Source: a bacterium
GTDB lineage: Bacteria; Zhuqueibacterota; Zhuqueibacteria; Oceanimicrobiales; Oceanimicrobiaceae
Length of the DNA stretch: 11,974 bases
Direction: 5' to 3'
Assembly: GCA_046757025.1 (NCBI GenBank)
Contig: JBHHXN010000158.1
Coordinates: 1-11,974 of the forward strand
Below the pieces are notes generated by a model. The model searched no databases and was not told where the DNA came from. It saw nothing but the letters and a program-made list of their open reading frames with translations. Of this stretch, positions 7,648 to 11,974 are shown piece after piece. Every line of letters starts with the position of its first letter. Within the stretch, counting starts at the first letter, position 1. The translations under genes were made by a program, and so were the position numbers.

Positions 7648-8432
7648 CAATTGGCCTCCGGTAGATGAGGATAATGACATTGCCAACAAACGTATCTTTC
7701 GCCGTGGATAGCGATATCCACCTGAGGTATGCCTTTGGTTTCTGGCGTTTCTTGAGCATGGCATCCGCCGCAAAATTCCCGCGTCTGCGGTTTGTTCGGT
7801 AAAAATTGCCGCGGACTAATTTTGTGGTTTTCCGGCGTCTCATGACATCTGATGCACTCTACATAAGCATGATGCGAAATGGTTTTCGTACGGGCAATAT
7901 TGGCATGGCATGCAGAGCATTCCTTGGGCGTCTCCGGCGGCTTCGGATCATGCGGTTCGTGACAGGTAATGCACGGTTTAATAGGATTGTGCGAGGCTGA
8001 AACAATTTGAGGAAAACCCGTTGGACGGGAGGGCAGATATTCATGGCATAAAGGACAATAGCCCCGGCCACGAGGAATTTGCAGCATGCCCGGTTCTGGT
8101 TCCTCGGTGTGTTTGGCCGCCGGCCCATGGCAGACTTCACAAGCCAAAGATTTATGATAACCGGCGTTTTTAACCTCCATCAGGTCGTCATGGCATTCGG
8201 CACAAATCTCATGACCAGCGTAATTGATTTCTTGAGAAACGATCTCTTCCACGGCCGAAGCGCGAAAGTGCCCATATTTGCCAAAATCGGACGGCACGAG
8301 CGTTACTCGCACCGCCACCAGTAACACGATGACCACCAACAACAAAATGGACAGTCTTTTAATCTGCTCGGGAAAGCGTTTCCAGAGCTGCCAAAGGGCA
8401 TTCAATAAGCGATCGGGCTCAAAATTGTTCAT
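7647..8432 (-). CDS. Membrane-anchored octaheme cytochrome c
   Basis: Eight CxxCH motifs (CAECH, CEVCH, CPLCH, CITCH, CSACH, CIRCH, CGGCH, CWQCH), N-terminal hydrophobic helix, AGGA upstream of the ATG. Confidence 0.93.
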   Translation of the reverse strand: MNNFEPDRLLNALWQLWKRFPEQIKRLSILLLVVIVLLVAVRVTLVPSDFGKYGHFRASAVEEIVSQEINYAGHEICAECHDDLMEVKNAGYHKSLACEVCHGPAAKHTEEPEPGMLQIPRGRGYCPLCHEYLPSRPTGFPQIVSASHNPIKPCITCHEPHDPKPPETPKECSACHANIARTKTISHHAYVECIRCHETPENHKISPRQFLPNKPQTREFCGGCHAQETPETKGIPQVDIAIHGERYVCWQCHYPHLPEAN

Positions 8433-8550
8433 GTTTTCCTGTTCTTAGTAGATTCACCTAATTTAAGCCAAACTAAGGATTTACGATTATTGGTGAAAAG
8501 CAACCATTTTTCCTGTACCAGCAAGCCAAATTTATAATTGTGGACACACA

Positions 8551-8566
8551 AGCAATCTTTATACCA
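8551..8566 (-). promoter_or_regulatory. Sigma54 (-24/-12) promoter of the cytochrome c/FeS/NrfD operon
   Basis: Minus strand TGGTAT-AAAGA-TTGCT, 14/16 identical to the promoter at 5391..5406. Confidence 0.75.
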
Positions 8567-8933
8567 CGATTGTTAGAGCCAGCTATTTTCATCCCTTAAT
8601 TATTGTTTTTTTTCTATTTAAACCCTATTAATTTTCAATAAATGAATGTGAGTTTATCCATTTTGAAACATAACTGGGACAGGCTTATCACACCGATTTT
8701 TTCATAAAAACTTCTATATTTTAGTTAATTTTAAATTTACGGCAAACGTATCCCACGATTCTCACTGTAGCTTGATTGTCTCATTTTACCGAGACCCGTT
8801 TGATCACTTGTTTGAGATATTAATTGAAATTGGATGGGCAGCCCGTTTTCGTTGGCTGCTTCGACAGGTTGCGATGCTCGTGAACAATCCCGTGCTGTCG
8901 GTATCCCGGCTCGGCATTTTGGGGACGTCCCGA

Positions 8934-11798
8934 TTAATGTGGCGGACTATCCACTCCCGAATAATCCGCTGCCGGTTTCCAGATCAGCCAGTCGATCAAT
9001 CCCTTAAAACGTTGATTGTTGCTGGCGCCCGGCATATCATTGTGATTGGCATTGTCGCCGATATAGCTCAACTTGTTTTCAGCAAGGATCTCATCCCCCG
9101 GCTGTGACATCCATTTACACCCGCCGCTATCTTCTGGATTTGGCTTGGCGATATTGATAAATCCTGACCAGTTCTCGCCGGCGCCGTTGCCGTTGGCGCC
9201 CTGATGGTCTGCCCAGATGTCGATGGGAATGTTTGATTTGTTAGAATTAAACACCACTCTGATTTTGTACCAGTGACCAGCTACACTCGGATACAAGTCT
9301 ATATCGGAAGAAACCTGCTTCCACCAGGCGCCAGCGCCTTCAGCGCCGCAATCCCGTCGATATTGTGAAGGCACCCGGTACTTCACCATAACCCGCGCTT
9401 TACCCGCGCGCGATTCAACATAATCGCCAGCCCAGCTACCACGCATGATGGTAAACTGAAGGGTTTTCTGTCTTTCAAATATTCTCTGCTGGGTGCTGTT
9501 TCGACCGCCGGGCAGCACGGTGAAGGGATCCTTATCAAAATCGAAATCATCGTCAATCCCATTGCCGTCTGCATCCAAATAGTCCAGATCCACCACTTCG
9601 GGTTTGATTCTCGCTTCCAGGGTGATTTCACGCAGATAGCCGGTATAACCGATGGAAAGCAGACAGCCTGCACTGTTGGTCAATTCCACATACGCATCCA
9701 TATTCTCATTACCGTGGAAATAGCCGTCGCCAGGAATAGCATACGATGGATTCGAAACCGTGCCGGCGAGCACACCCTGGTCGTCGTAAACCGTGCTGCT
9801 GCCCGCAGGTTCATTGAACTGGAAACTTACGGTGCCGATGGGGCACACGGTGCCGCTCAGAGCGATCTTATCGGTTTGCAAGGGAATGCCGACATTATCG
9901 AAAATTTGGGCGGCAGCAGCAGCCAGCTCGTCCACGCCGATATCATTTTGAGATATCCAGCGGTGAGCTCAAAGATACACGGGCGGTGCTGGCGCCGGCG
10001 GTGTGGTCCACACTGACGATCGTTCGGTGGTTGTCATCATCAATAAATTGCAAATCGGCCGGGGTAAGTTGGCCCGTTAGATCGGCATGGGAGTAAACCG
10101 CTTCAGAGAAAGTCACCTCCAGAATGTGGCTGCCCGCCGCACCTTCGACTTCCACTATTTCTGGAACGCCGGCGGGCGTCCAGAGATATTTGGTGTAGCT
10201 GTGAGTAACATGAATGATGCGATGAACGGAGTTGGCTTCGTGACAGGACGCGCTGCCGCAGCTCATGCCCGCGTGATGCCCGCCATAGTAATAGTGGCAG
10301 TTGTTACACATGGTGTTCCAGATGCTGGTTGAGGTATGGCAATTATAACAAAACTCGACCAGTGAGTCGGCCGAATCGGCATTAAGTAACTTGATGTTTT
10401 CTGAACCGTGTCCGGTGGCGTGACAGCCGAAACTTTCGCCGTCCCCCATACAGGTGAGGGGCGTGCCATAGTCGCCGCCTGTTTTATGTGCGGCCACGTT
10501 CCAGAGGTTTTCACGGACGTACGGCGGCGTTCTGCCGGCGGAAAACGGCGTATCGCCATCGCCGTCATGGCAATTCAAACAAAACGGAACCAGTTTTGCC
10601 GCCTCTGTGGGGTCTGTCATCGGCCGGTTTATCAGCTCGTAAACAACCGCACGATCATCCGCATCCAGTAGCCTGACCCGTCCCTGCGAATGTTTGGTCA
10701 TATCATGACAAACGCGACAGTCGGTTTTTTCCAGCTCGGCGCCGTGCAGTTCAGGCCCGGATTGTGCGGGTGGTAGCCTGAGCTGTTATTGCGATGATAA
10801 GCGGTAGCCGTGTGGCAAACCTCGCACACGCCATCGTAATTCGAATCTCTGTCGGCAAAAGAATGCTCTCCCGATTCTGCGGTAAATACCACCGAGCGAT
10901 CGCCGCTGTTTGGAGTGGAGATGGTAGGTTTGACCAAAAACAGGTTGTTTCGGGATGGATCGTGTGGAGAAGGGCATTTATGGCAGCCCTGGTTCTGATG
11001 CGCCTGGTAGGTGTGGCAAGATTGGCACAAATCGTCCTCGTTTTTGGCGCGCAAGATGTAGCCGTCTCCGGCGCCGCTATTGGCCCCGCCGGAATCGGCA
11101 TAATGCGGACTGTGACAGCTCGTGCATTCCACGCGATTCGGATGGATCAACAGAATATCGGGATTTTGTGGAGCGCGGTAGAATCGATTGTCGTTCGTCG
11201 GGTAAACGATGCCATCGGGATGGCTGCCCTTGTTATCCGGATGGGTACGGTAGCTGCCGACATTGCGCACGGCATGACCATCCTTGCACATGGCATTTTG
11301 AAAATTCGACGCGCGTAAAAATGGTGAAAACGTCTGATCATGCTGGTTGTGACAGGTTGAACAGACGACTTTGTTATCGAAAATTCGACGCGCCATTTCA
11401 GGATTGGATGGGGTTTGCGCGCCTTGGGTTGGGTTGTTTGCCAGCACATTCCAGGCGTGAGAAATGCCGGTAATCCCGGCTTGCGCTCAGTAAGCATCGG
11501 CAAACGGTTTGCTGCTGGCCAAACCCGCCGGGTTGTGGCAGCTCATACACAGATTGGCGTTCCCCTCCACCATGGTCAACTGCACATCCGCACTTTGATG
11601 GGTCATGTGGCAGGAGCTGCAATTGATGCCAAAACGGGTGTGCGGAGCATCGATGGATTTCAGGGAAGCTTGCGCATCTTTCCCCGTTGACGCCGGCAAC
11701 GGGACTTTGGTCTGTCCAATCAAGTGAACCGGAAGCACACTTAAAAAAATAACCAACCAACATCTGACAAACCGCCATTCGAAAACAACACCAATCAT
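8934..11798 (-). pseudogene. Disrupted large secreted multiheme cytochrome c with Ig-like and LamG/concanavalin-like C-terminal regions
   Basis: Four ORF-track pieces join into one gene. SD GGAGG and a signal peptide at 11798, in-frame TGA at 11487..11489, frame change near 10745, +1 frameshift in the T4 run at 9946..9949. Ten intact CxxCH, two damaged (CKDGH, CHKCP), one truncated, plus CX8CH and CX4CH. Confidence 0.85.
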
Positions 11799-11920
11799 CT
11801 ACTTCCTCCCGTCACCTGAACGCGAATTTAAAGGTCTGTAGAATTCTCGAAAGGGTGAGTCAATAAGGCATCCCGGTTTCAGCTCAATTGGCGTAATTTC
11901 ACATTCTGATGACTTGTTGC

Positions 11921-11972
11921 TTTATAGTATTACTTCTGAACTTTTGCATTTTTTTACAAGAAAATGGCTAAA
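11921..11972. repeat. Right copy of the 52-bp inverted repeat
   Basis: Exact reverse complement of 1..52. Confidence 0.9.
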
Positions 11973-11974
11973 TG

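Noticed and set aside
7648..7773. N-terminal extension of the FeS protein in the ORF track
   Set aside because: It overlaps the octaheme gene; the TGATG coupling and Tat motif position favour a start at or after 7647.
8838..8859. gcagcc/ggctgc hairpin after the multiheme gene as an intrinsic terminator
   Set aside because: There is no U-tract on the minus strand, so it cannot be called a terminator.
9943..9950. Programmed ribosomal frameshift at TCA AAA TGA
   Set aside because: No canonical slippery heptamer, and the other lesions indicate pseudogenisation.
11466..11489. In-frame TGA in the multiheme gene followed by a GCCGG-GAUUA-CCGGC hairpin, as a possible second selenocysteine
   Set aside because: The codon is not in a Cys motif, the loop is only 11 nt from the UGA, and the gene has several other lesions. 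A nonsense mutation (for example CGA to TGA) is simpler. Cys or TGA in homologues would reopen it.
694..11778. Plus-strand and alternative-frame ORFs (e.g. 3846..4637, 7042..7563, 10794..11318, 8772..9107)
   Set aside because: They are shadows of well-supported minus-strand genes and have no recognisable motifs.
1..11974. CRISPR array, tRNA (including selC), rRNA, transposase, hypA-F genes
   Set aside because: No regularly spaced repeats or recognisable sequences of these kinds were seen. The hyp and sel genes must lie elsewhere if the enzyme is functional.

Overview
All credible genes lie on the minus strand and form an anaerobic respiratory island in three blocks. (1) 118..4892 is a membrane-anchored [NiFeSe] hydrogenase operon: Tat small subunit, large subunit, cytochrome b, maturation protease and HybE-family chaperone. 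The ORF track cuts the large subunit at an in-frame TGA. Read as selenocysteine it gives DPULGCGVH, is followed by a SECIS-like hairpin, and the gene ends at 2125. (2) 5642..8432 encodes an octaheme cytochrome c, a Tat 4Fe-4S protein and an NrfD/PsrC membrane protein, with no catalytic subunit. (3) 8934..11798 is one large secreted multiheme cytochrome c (about 15 heme motifs, Ig-like and LamG-like regions) broken by a stop, an apparent deletion and a frameshift. Blocks 1 and 2 have near-identical sigma54 promoters. The ~490-nt hydrogenase leader holds a 133-bp MITE-like element and a chain of hairpins. The two window ends are a perfect 52-bp inverted repeat. No database searches were run, so family calls rest on motif recognition.
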